A stretch of 64,000 bases of DNA, from contig JABHBK010000067.1 in the NCBI GenBank assembly GCA_018673915.1, positions 123,292 to 187,291 on the forward strand. Direction: 5' to 3'. Both the position numbers and the translations under genes were made by a program. The number at the start of each line of letters is the position of its first letter. Within the stretch, counting starts at the first letter, position 1. Shown here piece after piece: positions 16,460 through 25,323 of the stretch. The stretch comes from Nitrospina sp. (GTDB taxonomy: Bacteria; Nitrospinota; Nitrospinia; Nitrospinales; VA-1). The notes below the pieces were generated by a model. It was not told the origin of the DNA, made no database searches, and saw only the letters and a program-made list of their open reading frames with translations.

Positions 16460-17719
16460 TTAAAGCCACATCTCCTGGGAGAATAGTCTTTCCGTAGCTA
16501 ATTCTGTGGCCGCGTCACGAAAGATGTAGCCTTTGCAATTTTTCATTCGAGTATAGTTTTCGAGGACATTATTCGAAATAGTGTTACAAATTAGATTCTC
16601 TACATAGGTCCTGACTCCAATTTGTTTTACTTTGTCTGCGTAAGAGTCATCAATAATCATATTTCTTTCTACCGCACATCCAATCACCCCTCCCGCATTA
16701 ACAATAAAATCTGTGAGCGATAAAATATTGTGGCGATGGTGCAAATAGTATTCTATGGGTTTGCTGCTGGGAGTATTTGCGCCCTGAAGAATATATCGAC
16801 ATTGAACTCGGTCTACATTTTTTGCCGTGATAGCATCGGGTCTGGCGCAGGGAACCATGACATCGCAGGGTGCCTCCAGAAGCCAGTCGAGTTTGTCCTG
16901 TGAAAATTTCTTTTCCACTTCTAAGGGATAATTGCGCAGTCCTCCTATTTCCTTTCGTACTTTATTCAATAAATGTACGTCCAATCCTTTAGAGTTCCAT
17001 AAGGCAATATTGATATCAGATGCCCCAACAAGGGTGGCACCAGCTTCCTGTAATTTGATGGCAGTGGGAGCCCCAACATTCCCAAAGCCCTGGACAATAA
17101 AATTCGTTTTGGATAGATCTAATGATTCATCCACAGACTCAATAACTTTGATGGCTGAAAATAAGCCATGGGCAGTGAGTTCCCAATCATCTATAGGGAT
17201 TCCTCCCTTATTAATGGGTCTGCCGGCTCCTCCTCGTGAATGCTTTTGGGTTCCAAGTTTTTGTGAATGATTATTGTGAATAATTTGAACGTCTTTTTCA
17301 TTAGTCCCCATGTCGGGAGCGGGGACATAGTTTTCCAATTCAAATAACGCATCAGCAAACTTTTCCATTAGCATTGCTCTAGTTTGGGGATCACTAAGGA
17401 AAGCAGGATCATTGAGGACCAAGCCGGCTTTTCCCCCTCCATAAGGAATACAGGCGGCGCTATTTTTATGGGTCATAACGCGGGACAAGCGGCTAACTTC
17501 GTTTAAAGTTATATTTGGAGCCATCCGAATTCCACCCAAGCCCGGCCCTCTTTGAGTATTATCAATGCACACAAAACCCCACGTTTTTTGAGTCTCTGGA
17601 TCGACTATTTCGTATTGGGCATCCTGTGTCCAGGCAGGGGAACTTGAAAAACGATCCGAATCTGGCGCTTTCTGTACCCGTTGGAGCTTGAAGTTCATAA
17701 GAGGGTTGAAATCACTCAT
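16460..17719 (-). CDS. Glu/Leu/Phe/Val family dehydrogenase (probable glutamate dehydrogenase)
   Basis: Contains the catalytic-Lys motif PYGGGKAGLV and the Rossmann motif VQGFGNVG. 419 aa. Confidence 0.85.
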   Translation of the reverse strand: MSDFNPLMNFKLQRVQKAPDSDRFSSSPAWTQDAQYEIVDPETQKTWGFVCIDNTQRGPGLGGIRMAPNITLNEVSRLSRVMTHKNSAACIPYGGGKAGLVLNDPAFLSDPQTRAMLMEKFADALFELENYVPAPDMGTNEKDVQIIHNNHSQKLGTQKHSRGGAGRPINKGGIPIDDWELTAHGLFSAIKVIESVDESLDLSKTNFIVQGFGNVGAPTAIKLQEAGATLVGASDINIALWNSKGLDVHLLNKVRKEIGGLRNYPLEVEKKFSQDKLDWLLEAPCDVMVPCARPDAITAKNVDRVQCRYILQGANTPSSKPIEYYLHHRHNILSLTDFIVNAGGVIGCAVERNMIIDDSYADKVKQIGVRTYVENLICNTISNNVLENYTRMKNCKGYIFRDAATELATERLFSQEMWL

Positions 17720-18350
17720 ATTTATTTATGTTTTTTATCATGCTAATCCGGTGATATATCAGAGAATCCGGGTCCACTTCATTTCCTTGCAGAGCTAATA
17801 ATAAATCCAAATAATGCTTGATATTCAACCCTAAATTTTTAATTAATTTAAGTGCCATTCGATCAGCTTCAACTTCCTGGTTTATGCCAAACCCCTCGGG
17901 AATATCCACAGACAGGTTATAATGCCTTTGGGATTGGTTTGAAGTAGAATTTTTTTCAGAAATAATACGTTCATTATTAACAATGATGATTCCCATTCTT
18001 GAATAGTAATGTCCCATTTTTAAATGCGCCAGTTCATGGGCGACGACGCAAATTCTGCGGGTGGGATTTAGTTTTTCCAGAAACCTTTTGGTGATATTAA
18101 TTTCTTGCCCCTTTGTGACCCAGGCATTATCAAATTCCCCTTCCCATATGACTGCTTTATATAGGCCATAGTTATACGAGAAATTTGCTTTAACGACTTT
18201 ATCGATACTCACCTGCCATTCAGATAGGGCTTTTCTGCATGGGGCTGATTGGTCAGGGATGCATAGCACTTTAGTGGATTGACAACCTACTATAAAAAAT
18301 CCACAAAGAATATAAATGAAGCAAATATGAATATTTTTGAGTTTAAACAT
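17712..18350 (-). CDS. M48-family zinc metalloprotease lipoprotein
   Basis: Lipobox-like FIVGC and the HExxH motif VAHELAHLKMGH. 8-nt overlap with the downstream dehydrogenase gene. Confidence 0.7.
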   Translation of the reverse strand: MFKLKNIHICFIYILCGFFIVGCQSTKVLCIPDQSAPCRKALSEWQVSIDKVVKANFSYNYGLYKAVIWEGEFDNAWVTKGQEINITKRFLEKLNPTRRICVVAHELAHLKMGHYYSRMGIIIVNNERIISEKNSTSNQSQRHYNLSVDIPEGFGINQEVEADRMALKLIKNLGLNIKHYLDLLLALQGNEVDPDSLIYHRISMIKNINKYE

Positions 18351-18467
18351 TGCACATCAGTGTTTCTTCTTCTCGAAGAGGTTGGTAGAATAACCAGAGT
18401 CGAATAGCCGAAATTGGTAACAGACTCTAATTAGATTGATATATACCATTGTAATTCGAAAAAAACG

Positions 18468-19316
18468 ATGCCAAATAAAATACTCCTGAGTGCAGATATT
18501 GAATCGCTTATCGATACCACTCTGAAAGAAGATATTCAAACTGGTGATATTACCACCCGAAATATTATATCCCCGGGACAGGTTTGCGAATCGGAATTGA
18601 TTGCCAAAGAGGACTTGGTTTTATCTGGAATAGAGATTTTCAAAACCCTTTTTAGGAAACTGGATTTACAAACCCAGTTTCTCTTCGAGCCTTTTAAGGA
18701 TGGAGATAGGGTTCCGAAGGGTTCCTCCCTTCTCAAGTTTCAGTGTGATAGCATTAAAGCACTTGAGGGAGAGCGATCGGGATTAAATATTCTACAATGG
18801 TTGAGTGGTATAGCCACATTGACGCGTAAGTTTGTCGATAAGGCAAGCCCTGTTAAGGTCTTGGACACACGTAAAACTACTCCCGGTCTAAGGGTTTTTG
18901 AGAAATATGCGGTGGCCTGTGGTGGCGGCACTAATCATCGGTTTGGGTTATATGATGCCGTAATGATTAAAGACAATCATATTAAGTCTGCGGGGAGTAT
19001 TTTTCGAGCGGTGGAAAAAGTGCGTGAAGGTTTGGGTCTTAAAAGTAAAATTGAAGTAGAAACCCAGAACCTGGATGAGGTTAATGAGGCTTTGGAAAAT
19101 CATGCCCATATCATTATGCTGGACAATATGAGTATCGAAATGATCCACGAATCTATTAAGCTAATCAATGGTCAGGCAAAAGTGGAAATCAGTGGTTGTG
19201 TTACCTTGGATAGGTTGGATGAACTTTCTAAAACCGGAGCAGACTTTGTTTCTGTAGGTGCATTGACACATTCTGCTCCATCGGTGGATATTAGCATGAA
19301 TATTATTTCGGCTTAG
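18468..19316 (+). CDS. nadC: nicotinate-nucleotide pyrophosphorylase (quinolinate phosphoribosyltransferase)
   Basis: Motifs LDTRKTTPGLR, KYAVACGGGTNHRFGLYD and IMLDNM are typical of NadC. Confidence 0.92.
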   Translation: MPNKILLSADIESLIDTTLKEDIQTGDITTRNIISPGQVCESELIAKEDLVLSGIEIFKTLFRKLDLQTQFLFEPFKDGDRVPKGSSLLKFQCDSIKALEGERSGLNILQWLSGIATLTRKFVDKASPVKVLDTRKTTPGLRVFEKYAVACGGGTNHRFGLYDAVMIKDNHIKSAGSIFRAVEKVREGLGLKSKIEVETQNLDEVNEALENHAHIIMLDNMSIEMIHESIKLINGQAKVEISGCVTLDRLDELSKTGADFVSVGALTHSAPSVDISMNIISA

Positions 19317-19340
19317 ACCACACTAATATAAATATAAATT

Positions 19341-19763
19341 ATGCCTTGTAAAGATACGACATCCCAAATAACTATTATTCTAGATGCGAACGATTGCCTA
19401 ATCAGCTTTGATTTTTCAAAACTAACTTGTCAGAAACCTGTGGGAGGGGGAACTGGGTTCATAGATCTTTGTCGGGGTAAACCCGTTGATGAGGTAACCC
19501 AATTGGAGTTCAGTGATTTGGTGGTTGAGTTGGGATTAACGGATTCGGAGGAACAATTTCTATTGTATCTGGAGTGGGATGCTTTGGGGGCGGCTCTCGA
19601 ACAATACCTGGGTTGCGGACATGATGTGGATCTGGAAAGGTATCAGATCGCTACGATTGCCTATGAAGCCAACCAAGTGGAAATCCGGCAAATGGTCGCG
19701 TCACCAAAGGAAATGCCAAAGCTTGTACCTTGTAGAAAGCGGGTTAAGGACAAAATTATTTAA
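19341..19763 (+). CDS. hypothetical protein (140 aa), weak IscU/NifU-like resemblance
   Basis: Intact ORF. The segment FDFSKLTCQKPVGGGTGFIDLCRGKPVDEV loosely recalls the IscU scaffold region. The assignment is weak. Confidence 0.4.
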   Translation: MPCKDTTSQITIILDANDCLISFDFSKLTCQKPVGGGTGFIDLCRGKPVDEVTQLEFSDLVVELGLTDSEEQFLLYLEWDALGAALEQYLGCGHDVDLERYQIATIAYEANQVEIRQMVASPKEMPKLVPCRKRVKDKII

Positions 19764-20185
19764 TCAGCAGGATAGAGCCGAACCAAACGAACATATCCCT
19801 GGGAGAAATCCTGATCAAAGTGTTGCAGCATTCCTGTTTTATAGGAAAAATAAAATGCTGCTTGCTGATCAAAGGGAAGGCACCATGAACCATTTCCCCC
19901 ACCAGGGGCGAAAAGAGGGTCCAAATGGATTTCTTGCTTTGAACGACCCATAATGATGCACTCCGGTGAGAAGAGTTTTTCAATTTCTTCTTTTTCGGGA
20001 AAACGCCAGTCATGGTAACCAAGATAGTCTTTTTTGTTCATATCATCGACAAATTGAAGGGCATCCTGAAAATTCAACCAATCCTGAGCAACAGGCCAAG
20101 AGTCTTCTTTTGCCCATACTAAGCCAGATTCATGATCTAACAGTGTGCCATCCTTTTTATCTTCAAACCTACAGGCTGCATTCAT
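19760..20185 (-). CDS. DUF1566 (Lcl C-terminal-like) domain protein
   Basis: SGLVWAKEDSW...DWRFPEKEEIEKLF matches the DUF1566 core (tGLmW...DWRLPt..EL..L). Paralogous to the 42608..43057 product. Confidence 0.6.
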   Translation of the reverse strand: MNAACRFEDKKDGTLLDHESGLVWAKEDSWPVAQDWLNFQDALQFVDDMNKKDYLGYHDWRFPEKEEIEKLFSPECIIMGRSKQEIHLDPLFAPGGGNGSWCLPFDQQAAFYFSYKTGMLQHFDQDFSQGYVRLVRLYPAD

Positions 20186-20406
20186 TTACTAACACTCCAG
20201 AAACTCTATAACCCAATAATAAAAATCGAATACTAAAATAATAGCGCAGGGAAATTATTCTGTGAAGTTCTAATTTATAGGAAATTGACGTTTAATGAAA
20301 TTGTTGCTATAAACCATAGCTTCAATTTATTAAAAACCAGTAGCTGACAATTCACTAACACCGATTGGAATTAGAATAAATTAAATATAACTGAATTAGT
20401 GATCTG

Positions 20407-20961
20407 ATGACAAACAAATCGAAACAATTAGTTTTCCGGACTTTATTTATAATATTGAGCTTTTCTCCAGGCATTGCTTTCGGGCAATCCTCCTGCGGAG
20501 AAAAAATTCCGGCATTGGGCAATTTTGAGCTCATCTCTCAGTATTCACTAGGCCTTGCAGTAGTTGTATTGATTCTGGGCATTCTTTTCGATCATAAAAT
20601 CTGGAAAAAGGTTTTATTGGTCTTGGCATTGGTTCCTTTTGCGGGCTGGATGTATGTTAATTTTTTTGTAGATTACAACAAACTGAAAAAAGACATTTTC
20701 AACCATAATGCTGTGGCCGAAGCCACTCTGGCTAATATTGCCGAAGCCCAGGATAGGTATAAATCCGAGCAAAGCACATACATTGGCGATTTAAGAAAAA
20801 TCTATTCCCATATAGGTGGAGCAGGGGGTATGAACGAATGTGTGAAAATATTAAATGTGCAAGCAGGTGTGGATCATTGGCGCGCAGAAGCAGGGCATAT
20901 ATCGAGTCCAGACACAGTTATTTGGGATAGCCGAGCCGGAACCTCATTGAAGAAAGGTTAA
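20407..20961 (+). CDS. membrane protein with pilin-like C-terminal domain
   Basis: Signal-like N-terminus and two TM segments. A helix follows, AEATLANIAEAQDRYKSEQSTYIGDL, that resembles the type IV pilin alpha1-C region, but there is no prepilin leader. Confidence 0.4.
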   Translation: MTNKSKQLVFRTLFIILSFSPGIAFGQSSCGEKIPALGNFELISQYSLGLAVVVLILGILFDHKIWKKVLLVLALVPFAGWMYVNFFVDYNKLKKDIFNHNAVAEATLANIAEAQDRYKSEQSTYIGDLRKIYSHIGGAGGMNECVKILNVQAGVDHWRAEAGHISSPDTVIWDSRAGTSLKKG

Positions 20962-20968
20962 CAGTTTA

Positions 20969-21358
20969 TCAGTCCTTCCACCTGTTCACCATCCCGTTTA
21001 GCGAAACCATCCCTATCACATCATTAGATTCAATAACCATAGCGTAAGAAACATTGAAGTTGGTCAGAAACCTTGCGGCGTAGGGGACAGGCATGTCGGA
21101 TTTGACCGACAAAACCGGCTTGGACATGATTTCATAAATATGGGCTTCATGCAGTTTTCTGTTTTCTCCGATTACTTTTCTGGCAATATCTTTTAAGGTC
21201 ATAATCCCGTAAACATCATTTTCATCTCTGGGTTCCACCAGAATGGCATTAATGTTTTTATCTCTCATCATGTTCAATACATCGGAGACCTTCATGACTC
21301 CGTCCACTTTGGTAAAATTTGACATCATGACATCGCGAACTTTTAGAATGTCAGTCAT
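20969..21358 (-). CDS. CBS-pair domain protein
   Basis: 129 aa with two CBS-like repeats (VRDVMMSNFTKV..., IYEIMSKPVLSV...). Confidence 0.8.
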   Translation of the reverse strand: MTDILKVRDVMMSNFTKVDGVMKVSDVLNMMRDKNINAILVEPRDENDVYGIMTLKDIARKVIGENRKLHEAHIYEIMSKPVLSVKSDMPVPYAARFLTNFNVSYAMVIESNDVIGMVSLNGMVNRWKD

Positions 21359-21381
21359 TCCTATCTCCTCAAAAAACTGGG

Positions 21382-21729
21382 TTAAAAATAACGGTCTTTA
21401 GCGTCTTTTTCCATGGTAGGCATCTGACTTTCAAGCCCTATTGCCCTGTCTACTCCCAGGCTAAATGCGATTCCATTCCCATGTTCACTCAGATGGCCGG
21501 CTTCATAAATGGCCTCCATAATGTTATTGGCGATAAAATCCTCCACCAGAAAAAGAAGCATATCTTTTTGGGCTTCCATAGTCAGGCCCATAAAAGATTT
21601 TTGGGTGTGAATACCTTCTCCACGAGCATTTAGTATGGTGACCCCTGTCGCACCCGCAGTTTTTGCTGCTTCAACAACGTTGTCCTGATATTTTTCATTA
21701 ACTAATGCCAATATAACTTTAAAACGCAT
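21382..21729 (-). CDS. P-II-like signal transduction protein
   Basis: 115 aa. MRFKVILALVNEKYQDNVVEAAKTAGATGVTILNARGEG matches the P-II beta-alpha-beta start. The T-loop region is atypical. Confidence 0.7.
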   Translation of the reverse strand: MRFKVILALVNEKYQDNVVEAAKTAGATGVTILNARGEGIHTQKSFMGLTMEAQKDMLLFLVEDFIANNIMEAIYEAGHLSEHGNGIAFSLGVDRAIGLESQMPTMEKDAKDRYF

Positions 21730-21743
21730 GAGCTTCTAACTCC

Positions 21744-22553
21744 TCAAGATGGTTCATTAATCTCTTTACGTTTTGATAGTTTTTCGGTGATCATAGCATA
21801 CGCCATTACAGTGATCATAGGGAAAAGGGAGGCAAATGCGATCAACCCAAATCCATCTATCAGTGGGGAACGCCCCGGAACATTTGAGGCTAACCCGATA
21901 CCTAATGCGGCGATTAACGGAACTGTTACGGTAGAGGTGGTCACTCCGCCTGAATCATAAGCCAGGGGAATTATCTGCTTAGGGGAAAACAAAGTCTGGA
22001 TAAGTAAAAATGCGTATCCAGCAACAATGTAATAGTGCAAGGGATTGCCCATCACTATTCGATACACACCCAGGGTCACACCCGAGGCCACGCCTAACGC
22101 AACAGAGATTCGCAGACCCCAAGCTGAAATGGCCCCTGTGGTAATATCACGGGCCTTATATGCCACAGCTATCAAAGCGGGCTCTGCAAGTGTGGTGGAA
22201 AAGCCAATCAAAAAAGCAAAAATATAAGTCCACAAATAAATTCCGGGATCCATCTGGTCAGAATTTTCAAGAGTTTCTATTAAAGCAGAATCGTTACCCG
22301 CAAGAAATTTTAGATCGGTTAATTGATTGGCCATTTGTGAGCCAATGGGAAAAACACATTGCTCCAAGCCCACGATAAAAATTCCTAGCCCTAGAACAAC
22401 CATTCCAAGTCCAATTATTTTTTGTTTCAGATGAGGTATGGCTTTTCGTATTGCCACTGCCTGAAAAAAACTTAAAACAATAATAATAGGAAGAATATCC
22501 AGCAATGTGCCGGATAGAGCATCTATCAATGTGTTAAAGATTTCAGAATTCAT
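21744..22553 (-). CDS. DUF1538 family polytopic membrane protein (subunit B)
   Basis: 269 aa, paralogous to the upstream gene. Shared blocks are PIG..MA, STT.AEPAL, AYDSGG.TTST.TVPL.AALG.GLA and DGFGLIA.ASL.P. Confidence 0.7.
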   Translation of the reverse strand: MNSEIFNTLIDALSGTLLDILPIIIVLSFFQAVAIRKAIPHLKQKIIGLGMVVLGLGIFIVGLEQCVFPIGSQMANQLTDLKFLAGNDSALIETLENSDQMDPGIYLWTYIFAFLIGFSTTLAEPALIAVAYKARDITTGAISAWGLRISVALGVASGVTLGVYRIVMGNPLHYYIVAGYAFLLIQTLFSPKQIIPLAYDSGGVTTSTVTVPLIAALGIGLASNVPGRSPLIDGFGLIAFASLFPMITVMAYAMITEKLSKRKEINEPS

Positions 22554-23299
22554 TAGCTGCCCACCCCATAAACAAAAATCCCATATCCCAGAACAAATAT
22601 AATAGGGCTGAGGCTCGCCAGAGCGATCAGGCCAAATCCATCAAGCATGGGGTTTCGGCCCCGTATTGAAGTAGCTAAACCTACACCTAAAGCAGCTACC
22701 AAAGGAACGGTAATCGTGGAAGTTGTGATTCCGCCGGAGTCGTAGGCAATTCCAATGATTTCTTGAGGAGCAAAAAATGTTGTAATTACAATAAGGGTGT
22801 AGCCTCCCATAATGAACCAGATAAACGGCCACCCTTTCAAAATACGCAACACTCCTAAAGCAATAGCCAAACCTACTGACAGGGCAACCGTATAACGAAG
22901 GCCTAATACAAAACTTGCAACTGAATTCTCGGTATTTTCGATAGCACCTGCTCCTGCAGCTAACCCACCGGCTTTACCTGCGATTACTGTTAGAGCGGGT
23001 TCAGCAATGGTTGTGGAAAAACCCAGAGCGAATCCGAAAAAAATTATCCACCAGGGGTTGCCTTTGAGGGCAAATTCATTGGCCATCTTTTCGCCGATAG
23101 GGAACAGGGCACTTTCCAGACCCAATATAAAAATGAAAAGCCCCATGACAACGAGAAAAATTCCAAAAATAGTCTGGTCTAAGTGGGGAAAAGGTTTTTG
23201 AATAATGACCAACTGAAAAAATGCAATAACGACTATAATAGGAAACACGTCCATAAAAGCCGAAAAGATTTTTGAGAATAAAAGCTTGGCTATATCCAC
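22553..23299 (-). CDS. DUF1538 family polytopic membrane protein (subunit A)
   Basis: 248 aa with the same conserved blocks as subunit B. Its TAA stop overlaps the subunit B ATG (TAATG). Confidence 0.7.
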   Translation of the reverse strand: MDIAKLLFSKIFSAFMDVFPIIVVIAFFQLVIIQKPFPHLDQTIFGIFLVVMGLFIFILGLESALFPIGEKMANEFALKGNPWWIIFFGFALGFSTTIAEPALTVIAGKAGGLAAGAGAIENTENSVASFVLGLRYTVALSVGLAIALGVLRILKGWPFIWFIMGGYTLIVITTFFAPQEIIGIAYDSGGITTSTITVPLVAALGVGLATSIRGRNPMLDGFGLIALASLSPIIFVLGYGIFVYGVGS

Positions 23300-23499
23300 A
23301 GGATACTCAAATTGAATGGGATCTTTAAATTACAAGTTTCTGCAATTATATGATCCGAGGAATTTCGATTCTAATTTTAGATGCCAGTTCTAAAAACACA
23401 GATAATCTGTGAATAGAAGTATAACAAAAATATATGAAAAATCAGTTATTATAGATACATCAATTTAATAGAAAATAAAATTCAACTAAAAAGGAGTTT

Positions 23500-24042
23500 A
23501 TGAGCACTGAGGAATTGAGTCAGGATGATTTTGATCAGGACAACTTTAATAAAGAGATGCTATTAAATATTTTTTACAATAGCAAAGGAAGTATTGATTC
23601 GATCAATGCCGCTATTGATGCCAAAATATATGGAACCCGTACCAGGAGTATTACGTTTTTTGAGAAATTTGTTCGGGCACGTTTAACCCTTAATCCGAAA
23701 ATTCTCAGACTTGTCGATCTAGAAATAACCCCGTTCGAAATCATTTATCTCAGTCAATACCCAGGTTTGGAAAAAGTCGAAGAATTAGATTTAAGAAAAA
23801 ACCAATTGGGGGATAAGGGATTAGATGCTCTTTTGGTATCCGAAAAGCTAGGAAATCTTTTAAAGTTGGATTTGAGGAATAATCAAATTACCCGAAAGGG
23901 TATGGAGATTTTGGCAAAAACGGAGAAATTGGAGAGGTTAGAAAAACTGGATCTTAGGTCAAATAAAATTGGCAAGGCTTGGGAAACCAAGTTGCTATCA
24001 ATCGGGAAATTCCCAAACTTAACTTCATTGAAAACAGTTTGA
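23500..24042 (+). CDS. leucine-rich repeat protein (ribonuclease-inhibitor-type repeats)
   Basis: Repeats LDLRKNQLGDKGLDALL, LDLRNNQITRKGMEILA and LDLRSNKIGKAWETKLL have an RI-like period of 28-29 residues. No signal peptide. Confidence 0.7.
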   Translation: MSTEELSQDDFDQDNFNKEMLLNIFYNSKGSIDSINAAIDAKIYGTRTRSITFFEKFVRARLTLNPKILRLVDLEITPFEIIYLSQYPGLEKVEELDLRKNQLGDKGLDALLVSEKLGNLLKLDLRNNQITRKGMEILAKTEKLERLEKLDLRSNKIGKAWETKLLSIGKFPNLTSLKTV

Positions 24043-24077
24043 TCGACAATACCTAAGACTTAATTGTTCAAAGTTGG

Positions 24078-24389
24078 CTATAAAACAAGGCGATTTTTAT
24101 TTTCCCTTATTTTTTGAACTATTTTGTCAGCGATCTCATCTGCTTTTACCTGATAAGAACCATCCTGCAAAACGTTACGGAACTTGTTTACCAAGTCCTG
24201 ACGAATTTCACTTGCAATGGTCTTTATCCCACTGGCAGAAGCTTGTGTTTTGGAACTATCAGATAGCGATACACGATCAACATTTTTAGAGGATGAAGAG
24301 TCATCCTTTATGGGCTTCTTGCTTCCCTTGGTTGATCCATTGAGAGCGTCACGCCTATTTATTTTTAGTGTTGGTTCAAGTTTGTTCAT
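24078..24389 (-). CDS. flgM: anti-sigma-28 factor FlgM
   Basis: 103 aa. The N-terminal half looks disordered. The C-terminal part, SEIRQDLVNKFRNVLQDGSYQVKADEIADKIV, is typical of FlgM. Begins 9 nt after the flagellin stop. Confidence 0.8.
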   Translation of the reverse strand: MNKLEPTLKINRRDALNGSTKGSKKPIKDDSSSSKNVDRVSLSDSSKTQASASGIKTIASEIRQDLVNKFRNVLQDGSYQVKADEIADKIVQKIRENKNRLVL

Positions 24390-24398
24390 GATATTTTT

Positions 24399-25256
24399 TT
24401 ATTGTTGCAGTAGCAATAATACTCCTTCTGGAATAAGGTTAGCTTGTCCTACCATTGCTGCTGAAGACTGAACCAAAAGTTGTTGTTTGGTTAAGTTAGC
24501 TACCTCTTCGGCTATATCTGCGTCTGAGATTACTGAATTTGCAGCATATAAATTTTCAACTGACACATTTAAAGTAGCCAGAGCCCTCACTAATCTATTT
24601 TGGGTGGCTCCAATGCTTGCCCTATAGCCTAAGATGGTTTCCTGTGCCGCTTCCACTTGAGCAAGGCTATCCACTGATTTTTCAAAAGATGATGTAGATA
24701 TGCCATCAAGGCCAAGGCTTGATGTATCTGTCGATTCAATATCTACTAGTTTGTTTAAATTTAACTGACTTTCTTCATCTGAATTAAGTCCGGTTGATAT
24801 AGTTATCTGTTTAGAAGTAGTAACACTTCTACCTAATGTCCCATCTAAAAGTTTTAAACCAATAAAGTCAGTTCCGGTAGCGATTCGGTTGAACTCATCT
24901 TTAAGGGTATTTATTTCAAGTTGTAGAGTACCTCTTGTATTTTGATCAATAGCTCCACCCGCAACAGATAAAACCTCGCGCAAACGGGTTAGGATACTTG
25001 TTTGTTCGTTTAATCCGCCTTCTGCAACATTGATGAGACTAATCCCATCATTCAGGTTTTTTGTGGCTTGTCTAAGTGTCCGTGCATCGGAGCGCAACAA
25101 TTCAGAGACCGATCTTTCGGCACTATTAACGTCTTTTCCGCTTAAACGATTTCCGGAGGCAATTCTGCCTATAACCAGACCAAGGTTATCGTTGTTGATA
25201 CTCAGCCTGTTTTGGGCAACAGTAGAACTTAGATTATTGAAGATTCGTAGTGGCAT
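24399..25256 (-). CDS. fliC: flagellin (short, D0/D1-only type)
   Basis: N-terminus MPLRIFNNLSSTVAQNRLSINN. The C-terminal region ATQNRL...NLYAANSVISDADIAEEVANLTKQQLLVQSSAAMVGQAN matches the conserved flagellin termini. 285 aa. Confidence 0.92.
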   Translation of the reverse strand: MPLRIFNNLSSTVAQNRLSINNDNLGLVIGRIASGNRLSGKDVNSAERSVSELLRSDARTLRQATKNLNDGISLINVAEGGLNEQTSILTRLREVLSVAGGAIDQNTRGTLQLEINTLKDEFNRIATGTDFIGLKLLDGTLGRSVTTSKQITISTGLNSDEESQLNLNKLVDIESTDTSSLGLDGISTSSFEKSVDSLAQVEAAQETILGYRASIGATQNRLVRALATLNVSVENLYAANSVISDADIAEEVANLTKQQLLVQSSAAMVGQANLIPEGVLLLLQQ

Positions 25257-25306
25257 TCCATTTCCTCCATGAAATTGGAATTGATTGGGTTTTTAAAGGG
25301 CTTTAT

Positions 25307-25323
25307 TGCACCGAATCCTCCAA
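25307..25323 (-). promoter_or_regulatory. sigma54-type (-24/-12) promoter candidate for fliC
   Basis: The minus strand reads TTGGAGGATTCGGTGCAAT. GG and GC have the canonical 12-nt register (G to G) of TGGCAC-N5-TTGC. The site lies about 50 nt upstream of the fliC ATG. No convincing sigma28 box (TAAA-N15-GCCGATAA) was seen. Confidence 0.25.

Noticed and set aside
19579-20022. ORFs 19579..19953 (+) and 19756..20022 (-)
   Set aside because: They are alternative frames overlapping the DUF1566-like gene (19760..20185) and the end of 19341..19763. The DUF1566 frame has the recognisable DWRFP motif.
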